Shown here piece by piece: positions 40,147-54,012 of a DNA stretch of 64,000 nucleotides. Within the stretch, counting starts at the first letter, position 1, and the number at the start of each line of letters is the position of its first letter. Made by a program: the position numbers and the translations under genes. The stretch lies in the NCBI RefSeq assembly GCF_006345805.1, contig NC_043003.1:71114001-71178000 (forward strand), written 5' to 3'. Under the pieces are notes generated by a model. It saw nothing but the letters and a program-made list of their open reading frames with translations. It was not told where the DNA came from and searched no databases. The stretch comes from Octopus sinensis (taxonomy: Eukaryota).

Positions 40147-40320
40147 GCCTTAAGACACCGGAAATATTGCGTCAAAAACTTGAAAGTGCCAGGAATCAGA
40201 ATGACAAACAACATTTGGAAAAAGTATTAAATGAGTGCATTGCTGCTGGTATGCCAGAACTGGACAATGATATTGAGTTAGCTAGGAATGATCTCGATTA
40301 CATAGGATATGATGTTAGAG
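40147..40320 (+). CDS. Repeat exon R16 (174 nt, type A)
   Basis: tatcag|GC...AGA G|gttaga; ...ECIAAGMPELDNDIELARNDL... Confidence 0.88.
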
Positions 40321-40484
40321 GTTAGATCTGAAATTACTATTGTCAAATATAAATATGAAATTATGCAAATATGTGTATACATATATATGTACGTACACAC
40401 ACACAAACATGCTCGTATACCATTTTAATCAATAATAAATTGTTTTTGTTGTAAAACTTTGTGTGTATGCATAATGTGTGTGTG

Positions 40485-40543
<59 letters not shown>

Positions 40544-40959
40544 GTATGTGTAGATGGGAAGGTTGCAAAAGGTATGACAGCTTCAATAGGGGACAAGAAT
40601 CGTTGACATGCCGGCACTGACTGGTCCTTATTAGTTTCGGATGTCACTTGGACAATGGTGGTTTTCAGTGAAGTTAATGTATAGGGAAGAAGTCAATTAA
40701 TCTCCCTTTCAACAACCCTATGAACATTGTAGTCCATAGGATATGAATCTGGCGAGTTTGGAGGCCACAAGTTTAGTGATACATAATCGTAAAAATTGCC
40801 TTACATCTATTCTTGGGTTACATGTGCTTTGTGAGAAGGTGATGGGTCTTAATGAATAGTATATGGCTTTGCATTTTGCACTTCATTCATCTAGGGCTTA
40901 ACAACTGTATCCAGCATCTCAACATTTTCAGAAGCATTAAATCTAACATCTTTACTACA

Positions 40960-41312
40960 ATCCCGGAGTCAGTGAAAGACTTGGGGATCAGTATGTGAAA
41001 TGACGTATCATTTCATATGCAAGATGGCAGCAAAGTGCAGAAAACTGGCAGGATGGATACTGATGTCCTTCAGGACAAGAGACCAAGAAACTGTTTTGAC
41101 CCTGTGGAGAACCTTTGTTCTCAGCCGCCTAGACCACTGTTCCCAGTTATGGTCACCACATAGTGCCAAATTAACAGTGGAGCTTGAAGCAGTCGAACGC
41201 CGCTACACTAAAAAGATTGAAACAGCGCAGCGGATGAGCTATAAAGATAGGCTGAGAAAACTACAGCTTTACTCCCTGGAGCGAAGGCGTGAGGGATATG
41301 CAATAATATACG
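40960..41312 (+). mobile_element. CR1/L2-like LINE RT C-terminal fragment
   Basis: VKDLGI...GWILMSFRTRD...LWRTFVLSRLDHCSQLWSP...LEAVERRYTK...SYKDRLRKLQLYSLERRR. Confidence 0.85.
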
Positions 41313-41791
41313 TGACGATCTGGCAGAAACGTTAGCACGCCGGATGAAATGCTTATCGGTCGACTTTGCCTTTCATTCTTTCGGGGTCGATAAATTAAGT
41401 ACCAGTTGCATACCGGCTCGATCTAATCGACTGCCCACCCTCACCAAAAATTTCGGGCCTAGAGTAGAAAAGATTATTTACAGGTGTTATGCAATATTTG
41501 TTGATCTACTAATATAATATGCTTATAAGGTTTTTCCTTATATAACGGATATTACCATTCATGAAAAACGTGTAAGATGACTTAACCAAATAAGTTATGA
41601 ACAAAATCCCATATTTTGTGTGAGTGTGTATGTGTATGTGTGCGTGTGTATGTATGTATGTGTGTATGTGTGTGTGTGTTGTATGTGTGTGTGTGTGTGT
41701 GCGTGTGTACTTCTCTACGCAATAAAACCATTATTCTTAAAATTTCCAAGTAAGTCATATGAGACATAAGCCTAATGTTTCTGTTTACTAG

Positions 41792-41965
41792 GAATAAAAA
41801 CCCCTGAAACTTTACGCGATGAAATAAAATCTGCGGTTAGACTGAAAGATAAAAATGCTCTGAAAAGGCTCATTGATGAATCAGAGAAATGTGCATTTCC
41901 AGAAGTTGCAGGTGATCTACGAAGAGCTAGAGATACACTGCAAAGTCTCGGAGGAGGTCGTGGAG
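41792..41965 (+). CDS. Repeat exon R17 (174 nt, type B)
   Basis: tactag|GA...GGA G|gtttga; ...ESEKCAFPEVAGDLRRARDTLQSLGGGRG; not in ORF track on + strand. Confidence 0.86.
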
Positions 41966-42907
41966 GTTTGATATTGAAATATTTAGCTGCATGAATTAAC
42001 ATGAGTATCTCATTATATGCGCTTCTAAATAGTTGCCAAAAAATTGGGTTGCTTTCTTTAAGTAGACTCATTGTTTTGGCAATAAAAATTTGTTTCTATG
42101 TATATTGTGTATGAAATAGGCTCTGGTATTCACTATTCCATCAAATAATGTAGGTTGTCATAAACTATTGTAGAACTGTGTGGAAATAGTTTTGCGGAGG
42201 TTAATACGGTTTCTGTTTCAGTCATTTTCTTCTTTTCAAAGCACTGAAAACAGAAATATGCAGACAGTGAAATCTTAAGTGATAAGTATTTGTGAAAATG
42301 CAGTATAAACTTAATGATTTAAGCGTTTTGCATATCATAGGATATGTACAAAATAGTGGTTGAATCGCGAACTGAGCGTGAAAAGCAATATACTCAAAGG
42401 TTTAGTTATTCTTTGTTAAGTGATATTAGGGACATCCATAGCTGCTCTACTTTCACTTTCACTTTCTTCCGATATTAACATTTTATCCTTATTGCTACAC
42501 CTTAATTGTCTCTGTTTCAGTTGTTGAGTCTTTATAATTATACATACATTTTTCCTACCGAGATTTTATCTCAGATTCATATAACATGGAAGATCCATCT
42601 CAGGCACATCAAGATCTTATTCATTTATTGGTACTTTTGGTCATCAGTCCGCTTAGTCAGTTAATTTATGTGGGGATTAGCAACAGCAGCCTTGTACTAG
42701 ACGTTATTCTTTTTCTTTAATAATAACTTACAATATAATAAAAACTATGTAGAAATCCAATGTAAGATGTTGCCTTGTTTGTTATAGGAGATATATTTAT
42801 TTAAAACAATCGCATAATTACTTTAGTCTAAAAGTCTAAATTAGCTGTTGAGTATAACATTTTTCATACGATTATATGATGTCACTATCCTTTATTTTGA
42901 TTACCAG

Positions 42908-43081
42908 GAAGTCTAACTCCAGATGACCTTCGTAAGACTTTACAGAATGCAGTTGCACAAAAAGATAAACCTGTAATACAAAGGGCAATTAGTAAATGCA
43001 TTGCAGTTGGTATGCCAGAACTTGACAATGATATTCTTCAAGCTAGAAAAATGTTGGAAATACTCAAAGGAACTTCGGGAG
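42908..43081 (+). CDS. Repeat exon R18 (174 nt, type A)
   Basis: taccag|GA...GGA G|gttagc; ...KCIAVGMPELDNDILQARKMLEIL...; not in ORF track. Confidence 0.87.
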
Positions 43082-43691
43082 GTTAGCCAAATTTGAAAAT
43101 CCAAAGCAATTTACTGAATTTTCCAGAAATTGATCACAGAAATATACAAATGCCCCTCTCGCGCGCATGCACATACACACACAAATGTGTATACATGTAT
43201 ATAAATGTAATATATATATATATATAAATATATGTTACACACACAATGTATGTGTACATATATGTGTACAAATATATGTGTTTATATAAATTAATATATA
43301 TAGGTTGGTTTATGAATTCGTTTTGCAAGATTCCTGAGATGAAATCGTGTGTTGAAACAGGAATTGTTGTATGTCGGGATGCTTATTTTCATTTTTTTTT
43401 GCCAAATAAAGTAATAAACACACATACTATATATTTTTTCCAATTACTCCATTCTCTGAATGGAGTAAGTGGAGCAAGAGCACACACGAAAACGAAAAGT
43501 GTCGCTGAAGAGGTCACAGGTGTGTGACGAAAGATTTCCGAACAATGGGCATGAGTTAAAATAATAAGATAGTAACAGCAATAAACGACTGAAGAAAACA
43601 ATATATAGTGCGTGTGTTTATTTGGCAAAAAAATTACCACCCCGAAATACAACAATATATATATAGGTATATATGCATGTACGCGCGCGTG

Positions 43692-43727
<36 letters not shown>

Positions 43728-43937
43728 CGAATATACTTATAAATGTAATCAACCGCAATATATTATTACATAACTTATCACATGAAATGATTTTCATGCA
43801 ATGACCTTAAAAGCAGTGTTATCGAAACAACTGTAACCATTAATGCAGATGTACTAAATTCTTCAACACCTGTTTTATATATATATATAAAGGAATGATG
43901 CATTTTTTTTTCACACAAATATTTTTTCAATCATTAG

Positions 43938-44111
43938 ATTTTAAACCACCCAATGTTTTACGAGATCAATTAAAGATGGCAATGAGGCAGAAGAACATTC
44001 CTGCCTTGCAGAAAGCAATACAGGAATGCGAAGCGGCTGAGTATCCGGAGATAGGGACCGACCTCCGAAAAGCCAGAGAAACTTTAGAAAGCCTAGGAGG
44101 TGGTCGTGGAG
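43938..44111 (+). CDS. Repeat exon R19 (174 nt, type B)
   Basis: cattag|AT...GGA G|gttagc; ...ECEAAEYPEIGTDLRKARETLESLGGGRG. Confidence 0.88.
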
Positions 44112-45055
44112 GTTAGCTGTATCATTTTTTCGTATCAATATTTGCATGAAGATTGTACTCGAAATATAACTCAGAAGTATCTTAAAAGTATCTGTCATAT
44201 ATTATTCTGCGCCCAATATGTCTGCATTTAATATAGTTTCAGTTTTTCATACGATAATACTTGAACGTATATATATATATATATATATATATTACGGAGA
44301 TGTACTTGCATAGCGAGTGACTTCATCTGAGATCGTGTGCTGGAAGGAAAACAATTGCAACGGGGAAGGTGTTTATGAGCCATTTAAGAAACACAAAAAC
44401 CGTTAGATTCACTTCAACATTTAAATTTAATTTGTCAAAATATTTTCGTCGCTTTGAGACCGCGACCTGTTCCCTGAAAAAACTTCGTGCGAAATCTGTG
44501 TTGTTATATATATATATATATATAATTGCATACATAAAATCATACGCACATAATATTGTGTATTTCTATATACACACATATTATACACAGACTCCTACAC
44601 TCCCATGTATAAACATACGTCCACACATACGCACTGAAACATCATTCCCTATAGCACCCGTATTTATTTACGTATACACGCACCCGCTCCCATACGCACA
44701 CACTAGGTTCACATAATCTTATGCGTTCATATCAATCACTTAATGTATACAGTATTTGGCACTGTTACGACTTGTCTACGTATCTTCACTTAGTATTCTG
44801 CTGTCTTTCATAGTCGCATACATTTATTGAAATTACAGTAATCCCTCGCCATATCGCGGCTCACTTATCGTGGTTTATTATTTAAGCTTGAAGTGACGAT
44901 TTAACCTAATTTATTCCTGTGTTGGAATAGATCTTCAGTCGATATACAGTGATATATTCTCTCACCACAATAAATCGTACATCGCTGTATTAGTCAACTA
45001 AATTAACCACACCTACAATACTTAAAATTCACAAACTGTATTTTTTAAACTTCAG

Positions 45056-45226
45056 GAACTAAGTCACCTGATTTGTTACGTGAGAAACTGAAACTGGCAA
45101 TGAGAAAGAACGATCAAGATTTAATTATGGATAGTATTAATGAGTGCATAGCATCTGGTTTTTCCGAATTAGACGCTGATGTACAGAAAGCGCGTGATAC
45201 TGTGGGATATTATCAGGAAACTGAGG
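45056..45226 (+). CDS. Repeat exon R20 (171 nt, type A)
   Basis: cttcag|GA...GAG G|gtaaca; ...ECIASGFSELDADVQKARDTV... Confidence 0.85.
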
Positions 45227-45574
45227 GTAACATAACCATCATTTATTCGTGTGTTTATAATTTGCTTTGGCTTTTGTTTAGTAATACCGTAAATATGCAT
45301 TTGGAATATATGTCGGAAAAATTATTCATTAGTATATGTTTGTTTATCAATCTAGTTGTACGAATAGCAAATGGGATGATGAATATATCCCTTAACTCCA
45401 TAATGCTGCGTCAGTGTCATTCCTTAGCTAGGCATCTGGTAGGTTGTGGTGTGTGTGATCTTGGTGAAAAGGGACATTCTCCTGGGCGTGTACAAATTAT
45501 AGGCAGGAGAATTAGTACTGAATAGATCTGAAAGTTATATTACAAATGAAACCAGATACTTAGAACACTACCTG

Positions 45575-46039
45575 TCTGATAAGGGTACACCAGGCACATG
45601 CGTCACAACCATATGTGCGCGACATGGTCCTCTCGTAGCGAGATAAACACCGTTTCACCTTGAAGGTGGGGCCCAGTTAGAATTTTCTTCAGACTGAGTA
45701 GCCTGTCCCGCACAAAAGGCCCCTGAATGAGGCATGTTTAAGGATGTCGAACGAAACACACATATTTCCAAATATGAATTATTCAAACCCCAAAGAATTC
45801 CTCTCAACACATGGCTATGATTCTCTCCTACAGTTTTTGCTCGTGATCAGAGATACGCATATCACCAGTCACTAAGGGAACTGGTCAAGGTCAAACAACT
45901 GACAAGCAAATCTGTGGTATTGAGTAGAATATTTGCTGTAGCCCATCTTTTATGCCAAGAAAAAACATGTAAATGATAACACTTCCAATCAGTTACGATC
46001 AGAAGCCATGTGAGCAAGTGCCTGATATTACATCAGGGC

Positions 46040-46106
<67 letters not shown>

Positions 46107-46360
46107 GAGTGAGAGTGCAGTGCATGCCATCAAAGTGACACTAGGGTAAAAAAATACGACGCCCAGTATACCCATCACGACTACCCGTTTGATAAGGGTA
46201 CGTTAGGCACATGCATCACAACCATATGTGTGCGACATGGTGATCTCATATCAAGATAAACAGCACATGACCTTGCAGGTGGGGCCCAGTTAGAATTTAG
46301 AGTAACCCATCCCACTTAAAAGGTCCCTGAATAAGGGTCGTTTAAGGATGTTGAACAAAT
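45575..46360 (+). repeat. Two copies of an interspersed repeat separated by (ATT)n
   Basis: gataagggtac...ggcacatgc.tcacaaccatatgtg.gcgacatggt...ggtggggcccagttagaattt at ~45578-45750 and ~46190-46357. Confidence 0.7.
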
Positions 46361-46927
46361 GTTATGTAATGAACTTCATTAGCTTACAGCTGTTTCTGCT
46401 CTATGATGTAGTGGACTCATAGCTGAGTTCCAGGATAACATCCTATTGCTTCATCAGAGCCTTGAATATAGAATGTACTTTATCTGGGAAAGTTACATTT
46501 TCAGTACATACAGGCGTTATAAGTGAGAACGTCTATGCTTATCCTTTTCTCTCGTTCTCTCTCTCTCTCACCACACACACGCACACAAAAGTTTCTTCAT
46601 AATTTCCGCCTACCAAATTCACTCATAAGGCATTGGGGTAGCCCAGAGCTATAGCAGATGATATTGGAGGAAAGCATGTAGTTATAAATCGAACTTTTTA
46701 ATCACACAGACATACCTGATCTAAGAGAACAACTTTTCCTTATTAGTTTACTAGTCTGCGTGTGGTAAGAGAATGTTTTATTTTATTTGTCTTTATTAAA
46801 ATTATTCTATATCAAAATTAATTTCTATTAATAAAAGATAAATAAATAAATAAATACACCAAAGCAAAATGAAAAATATAAATATATTTATTTACACCTT
46901 TGTTGATGATAATTATTCCAATGACAG

Positions 46928-47101
46928 ATCATAAGTCACCCGAAAAATTACGAGACGAGTTAAATGCAGCCATGCGGCAGAAGGACAGATCAAGTTTAGA
47001 ACGTTCTATATCTGAATGTGAAGAAGCTGGATATCCTGAGATCAGTTCAGATTTGAGCGAAGCTCGAAATGCACTGGAGAGTTTAGGTGGAGGTCGTGGA
47101 G
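46928..47101 (+). CDS. Repeat exon R21 (174 nt, type B)
   Basis: gacag|AT...GGA G|gttaga; ...ECEEAGYPEISSDLSEARNALESLGGGRG. Confidence 0.87.
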
Positions 47102-47429
47102 GTTAGACTGCTATGATTTTTTCATTGAAATGAAAAGAGAAACGATATGCAAATGCATGCACATTCTGTGAACATACATGCATTATTCTGTATTTTTTCG
47201 TGTATGCCTTATTAGTATCTAAGCGTGCGTGTGTGTATGTGTAAGTATATGCATACGCAAGGAATCGTGTGGTGCGTGGTATCTGTTTATAAAAACACCA
47301 TTCTAATACTATAGGACGGTTTTGACACTGATATCAAGGTGGATGTCAGTGATTTCCACTGAATCTACTTTCTGAGGATCAGTGAAATGCTCGTATGAAT
47401 ATTCACGTGGCGGTCGACGTGAAAATATG

Positions 47430-48563
47430 ACAAGAATTTAATAGTGATGCCTTTTAATGCCCCCGTCGGTTTTTTCTTCACCTGTTCCAGATCTGAAAAA
47501 CGTTTTCATTTAAGAACTTTTTCATCCGGGGTAACAGAAAAAAATTGCAAGAAACAAGATCGGGTGAACAAGTGAGGTCATGCCATGTTTGGCAAGACCT
47601 GTCTCACGCTGAAGGAAGTGTGTGCAGGTGCATTCTTGTGATGAAACCATCACTCTCCACTTTGCATTCGGGGCGTTTTCGTCTCACTGCCTCTCGAAAA
47701 CGCTTCAGAACAGTCAAGTAAAATGTCTGGTTAACAGTTTAACCAAAAGGAGCAAATACTGTGTGGACAATTCCTTTCACGCCAATGAAACAAATCAGCA
47801 TCGTCTTGTCATTGGACTTCACTTGACGCGCTTGAATGCTTCCATTGACTTGATTGCTGCTTCGTTTCCGGGTCGTAGCCGTAGCACCAGCTTTTGTCAC
47901 CAGTGATGACCTTCGTAAAAAGGTTCGGATCAACTTGTGACTGTTCTTTCAGTTCACGACACGCATGCAGTCGTGACTGTTTTTGATTTTCCGCGAGCAA
48001 GCAAAGTATAAATTATACTGCAACTCTTTTCAGTTGCAATTCCTCGCTCAAACTTCGTTGGTAGGAGATCCAGCATACACCAGTCATATCAACAAGTTCG
48101 TAAATTGTTCAACGACAGTCCTTCAAGATCACTTCATGAATATTTGTGATGTGAACGAGGTTAATCTACAAGTTAATCGCCTTGAACAAGCTTAATCTAT
48201 AAGTGACAAGTGATATTGCTAAAGCGTGAAAACCACTTGTAAACTTGTCTTTTGCTCATGGCAGCGTACTTGTAAGCTGTTTGAAGCATGGCAACTGTTT
48301 CAGCCGCGTTTACCTCAGCAGAGAACAGAATTTCACGGAAGTACGCTGTTTCTTAGTTTCGGTCATCGCAAAAATCGACGAACAAGGGAGAAGCACTGCA
48401 AAATAAAGACGTACCACGTGGCACAAGGACCACACCAGACGCTGCCGGTCGGCAGACTGATGCCTGAGGGTCGCATCAAGTGGCTTCTAGCGAGGGAAGC
48501 CTGAACTACAATGGGCTTGTCCCACAGAGAACGTTTCCGGTTACTTTTGTGTACCCCATCGTA
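47430..48563 (-). mobile_element. Degenerate mariner transposon, one TIR visible
   Basis: QRTSVKFC...VYKWF, ...KVITGDKSWCYGYDPETKQQSSQWK, KTMLICFIGVKGIVH, plus decayed HH.NAPAH and PDL regions. TIR-like tacgatggggtacacaaaagtaaccggaaac at 48533-48563. Confidence 0.88.
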
Positions 48564-48824
48564 CACCTATACAAAACATATACACATAGACATACATACA
48601 TATATACATAACTTACATGCACACACACACACACACATACACGCACACACAGTTTTTTTTCCGGGGTTATCTCTTTCTATTACCACTCTATACTTATATA
48701 ACATTGTGTTCTGAACCATACGTATTTTGAGTTCACCAGATTATTAGTCTCGCTAAGCCTGAGCGAAATATTAAAATACATCACATACACATGTATGCGT
48801 GTTGCGTGTACGTGTATGCGCTGT

Positions 48825-48877
<53 letters not shown>

Positions 48878-49134
48878 TGTTGCGTGCAGTGTGTGTATAT
48901 GCGATGTGCGTGTCGTCATGCACAGGTATATATACATGTATACTTCTATGCAGAGTATATTTTAATATAAATACATTTGTGCTTGCGTATCGGACTGTGT
49001 GAATGTATTTATTAAATAATCCTGCTTGTACCTTGAATAAGGGAAACATTTGAGCCAGTATGTAGCATTTTGACATGACAACGCTTACGGAAAGTAAAGG
49101 TGTTTTTATTGCTAATATATTTTCGGTTTGTTAG

Positions 49135-49308
49135 GACTAAAAAATCCCGACAGTTTACGTGGCAAGCTGAAGATGGCAGTAAGATGGAAAGATAGACCTC
49201 ATTTGGAAAGCGTTATAAATGAATGTGTAGCATCGGGTTTTCCAGAGCTGGAAACAGAGGTACACGAAGCTAGAGATGTACTTAACCTACTTGAAGGAGG
49301 AGTTGGAG
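49135..49308 (+). CDS. Repeat exon R22 (174 nt, type A)
   Basis: gttag|GA...GGA G|gttagg; ...WKDRPHLESVINECVASGFPELETEVHEARDVL... Confidence 0.88.
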
Positions 49309-49840
49309 GTTAGGTTCATCTGAAAATTTTGACATTTTTAATAGAATCGATTTGCATTGAATCATAATTGGTAAATTTTTTCTACTTAATGCCGTAATTA
49401 ATCTCCTTTTTGTACATATTTGAAAAACTTAAGATTTTAAATACGTTTTGGTTCTAAAAACTAAGCAAGAACTATTATGCAAAGAGAGAATTGATGCCCC
49501 CAGGATCAGAAATTTTAATTAGATTAAAATAGCTTCATTTGACAATTCCAGATTTATTAGTTTGGCATAAATTTTGTTTTGCTGTACATTACACATTGAA
49601 GACATGTAAAATTAGTATTAAAAGGTAGGAGTTAATAACAAATTTCTGGTTATGTATCAAAGGAACAATTTTTATGCGTGATCTGCACATATAATATTAG
49701 ATTGTTTTCACAATGTATTTGTAATGGGTTGAATTTCGTGTTTTCCAATTTCCACTAGTGAATTTATTTAATATTTGGTTTAATTATACATTATTTCTCA
49801 TTCCCCTCTCCAATGTTTATTTATTTTGTGATTGTCTCAG

Positions 49841-50014
49841 GTAAAATGTCACCGAAAGATTTACGTGATAAACTCAAACAAGCAGTCAACTGGAAAGATA
49901 GATTACATTTGGAGAAAGCCATTGATGAATGCGAAGGTGCTGGTTACCCTGAACTGGGTAGCGATCTTCGTAGGGCACGAACAACTTTGCAAAGCATAGG
50001 AGGTGGCCTCGGAG
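49841..50014 (+). CDS. Repeat exon R23 (174 nt, type B)
   Basis: tctcag|GT...GGA G|gttagc; ...WKDRLHLEKAIDECEGAGYPELGSDLRRARTTL... Confidence 0.88.
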
Positions 50015-50849
50015 GTTAGCAACTGGTTTCTGCAAATCCCATCAATTATTTTTAATAGCGCATTAATTGCATCGTTAATTGAATCGTTAATTGCGCATTA
50101 ATTAAATCGTTAGGAAAGATTTTCGGTTTAAACTGCCGCTTCCAATTTTATTTAAAATTTGTACACATATGTAGTTTTTCATGCCAGCTACCAAAATCAC
50201 AACCGTTTTGAGATTAGGATTAAGGCTTGGAATAGGATTTTGGGTTTCTATTTAGAGTTAGGATTTAGGGTTAGTATCGCAAAATTTCATTGCAAAAAGT
50301 CTGTTTTAATTTTCTTTCGTCAAATACTTCAAGCTTTTACTTTGCGTGCGTAAGCGGAAGCAGGGTATTGTAGTCACTCATCTCAGTCTGTTTGTCTGTG
50401 TGTTTGATCGAACTTACACATTTCCTGACAAGCTAGTGATCATGTTATTTATATCCTACAACGAACTACTGTACGTTTGATTCGCCTGCCATCATTGAAA
50501 GACGTTGAAAACACTTCTCAAATTCTATGCAATATTTTATCAAGTCTACTTTAAGCTGTCATCTTCTTAGGCTTCTAATCCTCTTTTAGTCTAACACTTA
50601 CAAAGCTTAATTCAGTTAAATTAAAAAGCACGGGTAAGAAACGCATTGTAAGACACTATGATTTGCGAAAATTTATCTGCGCGCAGGGTATGCAGTTAAA
50701 TGATTAAATTAAAAGAATAAAAGAATAATCACGTTCAAAACAATTATACCTTGAACAAGGTAGCGATAAACACTTATACTAAACACGAGCACGAATAGTT
50801 TCTATTTTGTGGAATTGCATTTTTATTATAATTTCAAACATATTCTTAG

Positions 50850-51023
50850 GACATAAAACCCCAGAAGATTTGCGTGAAAAATTGGAGTCTGCAATGTTAC
50901 AGAAAAACAGACCGACTCTGGAAAGAATTATTAATGAATGTGTTGCCTCTGGATTTCCTGAATTGGATTCTGATATAAGCCGAGCTAGGGACCTCTTGAA
51001 AAAGTTAGGTGGTGGTCGTAGAG
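50850..51023 (+). CDS. Repeat exon R24 (174 nt, type A)
   Basis: tcttag|GA...AGA G|gttagc; ...ECVASGFPELDSDISRARDLL... Confidence 0.88.
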
Positions 51024-51246
51024 GTTAGCACTTTTATTTGCCCTTTTATTTGCTTTGAAACTTTATCATCCAATTAGACATTTCATAAATATTTTATTTC
51101 TAAGTATATTCATACAATATATGTAATATTCTGTGCGATGTATAATTATAGAAAAAGTAACTTAAGAATTACTTTAAACTAAATGGTTTATAATCATGAC
51201 ATCTAGGTCCTTCAAAATAATTTTATGTGGTTTCTCAATTTATTAG

Positions 51247-51420
51247 CTCACATGACTCCCGATGCATTGAGAAGTCGGTTAAAAATGGCCATCGATGAAA
51301 AAGACCAAGGCAAATTAGAAGCTGTTATTATTGATTGTGAGGAAGCTGTCTATCCAGAACTAGGGTCGGAACTTCGAAAAGCTAGAGATACTTTGGCGAG
51401 TTTGGGCGGTGGACGAGGAG
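51247..51420 (+). CDS. Repeat exon R25 (174 nt, type B)
   Basis: tattag|CT...GGA G|gttagc; ...DCEEAVYPELGSELRKARDTLASLGGGRG. Confidence 0.88.
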
Positions 51421-51701
51421 GTTAGCAGCGTGATGACGTTTATTTTCAAAAATTAGATGAAGTATCAATTCAAATCATTTAATTTTCTACAAGATTTCTT
51501 AATGCCTTATTTTCTAGAAGTTTTCAGTAAAATATATGTGTAAATTATATAAATAGATTTTTGCTTTTGTCATATTTTGAAAGATGCAATTGAAATATCA
51601 AATTTTGAGTCATGATTGTTATTTAAATGTATATATCGGTGCATGACGATCTTTAATATGAAGCAATGTTTGAATGTATTACTTCGCTTTACATCTTGAA
51701 G

Positions 51702-51875
51702 GTGTAAAAAATGCAGAAGCCATTGCGGATAAGATGAAGCGAGCTATTAGACGAAAAGACAGACTAAGTTTGGAAAGAATTATAAATGAGGCAATTGCAG
51801 CAGGATTGCCGGAATTAGACGAAGAAATTGAAAATGCTCAACAAATTTTAGGTCAACTGGACAATACAACAAAAG
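51702..51875 (+). CDS. Repeat exon R26 (174 nt, type A)
   Basis: Weak cttgaag|GT acceptor; AAA G|gttgga; ...EAIAAGLPELDEEIENAQQIL... Confidence 0.82.
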
Positions 51876-52214
51876 GTTGGAATATATTGCGAGTATTCTC
51901 TTCGAAGTATTTCTTTAGGGAAACAGATAAAAAATATTGCATTCCGAATGCAAATTGAAACATACTCCTAGATTTATTTGCAAAGCTATTATTGTTATAA
52001 ATAATTTTGTATTGTTTTATGGATTAATATTATTCGATTTTGCCTATATCTCTTCCTATTCCTCTCCTCCTTTCCTCTCTCCCCGTCTCTCATCCATCCC
52101 CTGTCTTGTTCCTCCCCCTGCTCCTCCTCCTTCTCATCTCTCTCTTCCCCTTCTCTCCTCCTCCCTCGCTCCCCTCCCCCTACTCCTCTCTATATATAGC
52201 ACACACGTATATGT

Positions 52215-52560
52215 ACCACATATTCGGCTCCTTGCCATACTTCCGGAAAAGTCAGAAGTAGTTGCTGGAGAATTTCTACGACTTTACTAGCCCCAATTTT
52301 GACTTCATAAATTCTTCCGACTGTAATCCCATGGATTGCTATGTGTTGAGAAAGACACCAGTTATTCTGTCTGCAACACCAAGGAAAACTGTTTGTGAAG
52401 ATCATGGAGATGTTCGAAGGTCTTCACAGGGGCATAGTAAGGAATGCATACACCAAAGTTTAGTAGCCACCATGAGGTCGCGGTGAAAGCTAAAAGCGGC
52501 TAATTTGTATAAACTGCTATCTCCCAGCCATGATCTAGTTCATACTTTTAAATTCATAAA
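52215..52560 (+). mobile_element. Tc1/mariner-superfamily transposase C-terminal fragment
   Basis: SAPCHTS...LLENFYDFTSPNF...SSDCNPMDCYV, a decayed SPDLNP.D motif. Confidence 0.7.
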
Positions 52561-52879
52561 ATACTTTAAAAATTTTTGGGTGGGTTACTCTGCTTTCTTT
52601 TCCAACTTTAGCCCGAAAAGCCTATACGTACATGCATATATACAGACATGCATGCATACGTACATGTATGTATGTTTATGTAGGGGGTGGGTTTGTAAAT
52701 GTTTGGGTTGTAAGCGAACATACGTCTTCACATTGTATAATCTCGGAAAATGCTTGACAATATACTCTCCCAATCAAATCTGCAAAGCTTACGAAATAGT
52801 CAATTTCAAAATGGTGTCACAGCATTTTGCAGTAACATATTATTTCTACATAGTAAATACGTATCACAAGTGCCCATTT

Positions 52880-52944
<65 letters not shown>

Positions 52945-53099
52945 AGTTAAAAATTATCCGCACTTTCGCCATAGCATATTTTTGTTACTGTCACACTGCC
53001 TTCTGCGCATGTGTGCTTATAGTTGGTAGTATTGTGGTCACGGGATCAGAGTTTGAGCCTGATCGCGTCATTTTTCTTTCTGGCTCTACCAGTGCAAAC

Positions 53100-53325
53100 A
53101 TCGCTGCTCCACTAGCAATGTGCACCGATGAAGGACAATGAGTAGTGACTCGAGAGATGGTAATGGTGAACCGGTTCACTATTACAGTCTCTCGAGCTTG
53201 CTGAATTTTCTCGTCAATGGTGGAGATTGATTGGTGTCCTGCTCCCTCTTCGTTCGTCACGTTTGTCCGGTCACTTTTAAACTTCTCGATCCACTCATAC
53301 ACACTTCTACTTTTGACTCGTATGT
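53100..53325 (-). mobile_element. mariner HTH fragment
   Basis: SRSVYEWIEKFKSDRTNVTNEEGAGHQSISTIDEKIQQARETVIVNRFTI. Confidence 0.75.
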
Positions 53326-53438
53326 ATGTATGTATTTGATACACAAAAATACAAAATGTGTGTGTATGCGCACGAATATGAGTGTGAGATATTTCTAATC
53401 AACATTTCTTTATTAAATAATCATTTTGTGAATATCAG

Positions 53439-53612
53439 ATTCTAAATCTCCTGACGCACTCCTTGCCTGGCTGAAAGACGCTTCTAGACAGAAAAATGTT
53501 CAAGAATTGGTAAAAGCTATTAATGAGAGTGAAAAGGTCAAGTCTCCAGAGATTTCTTTTGCTCTTCGTAAAGCCAGGCGTGTTCTGCAAAGTTTAGGCG
53601 GACATAGTGAAG
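53439..53612 (+). CDS. Repeat exon R27 (174 nt, type B)
   Basis: tatcag|AT...GAA G|gttagc; ...ESEKVKSPEISFALRKARRVLQSLGG...; not in ORF track. Confidence 0.85.
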
Positions 53613-54012
53613 GTTAGCTGTTCCATGTCTATCTACATATCTTTAATAACCAAGATCTTTATCAGTTAAATTCAAAGTATAGAATGTTAATTAAACTACA
53701 AAAATAATCTTTAAATGACATCAAGTACGTAAATGATAATATAATGTGTGACATCAAGTACGGAAATGACAATATAATGTGTAAAGAAAGTCAATTCTCA
53801 TCAAGTTCAATTAAAATTGAAACGTCATAAAAAAGTGGGTGAATGATTTTATAAGGACGATATTTCTATCAAAATGTAGTCCTATTTATATAACTAAATA
53901 TTGGAATTTGAAAAACGTTCGGACATTTTATAAAGAACATATGAGATTTTAAGATAATTAGCGCAATCAGTAAACTAAAACACTTTATAAATTATTTTAA
54001 TTTGGTTATTAG

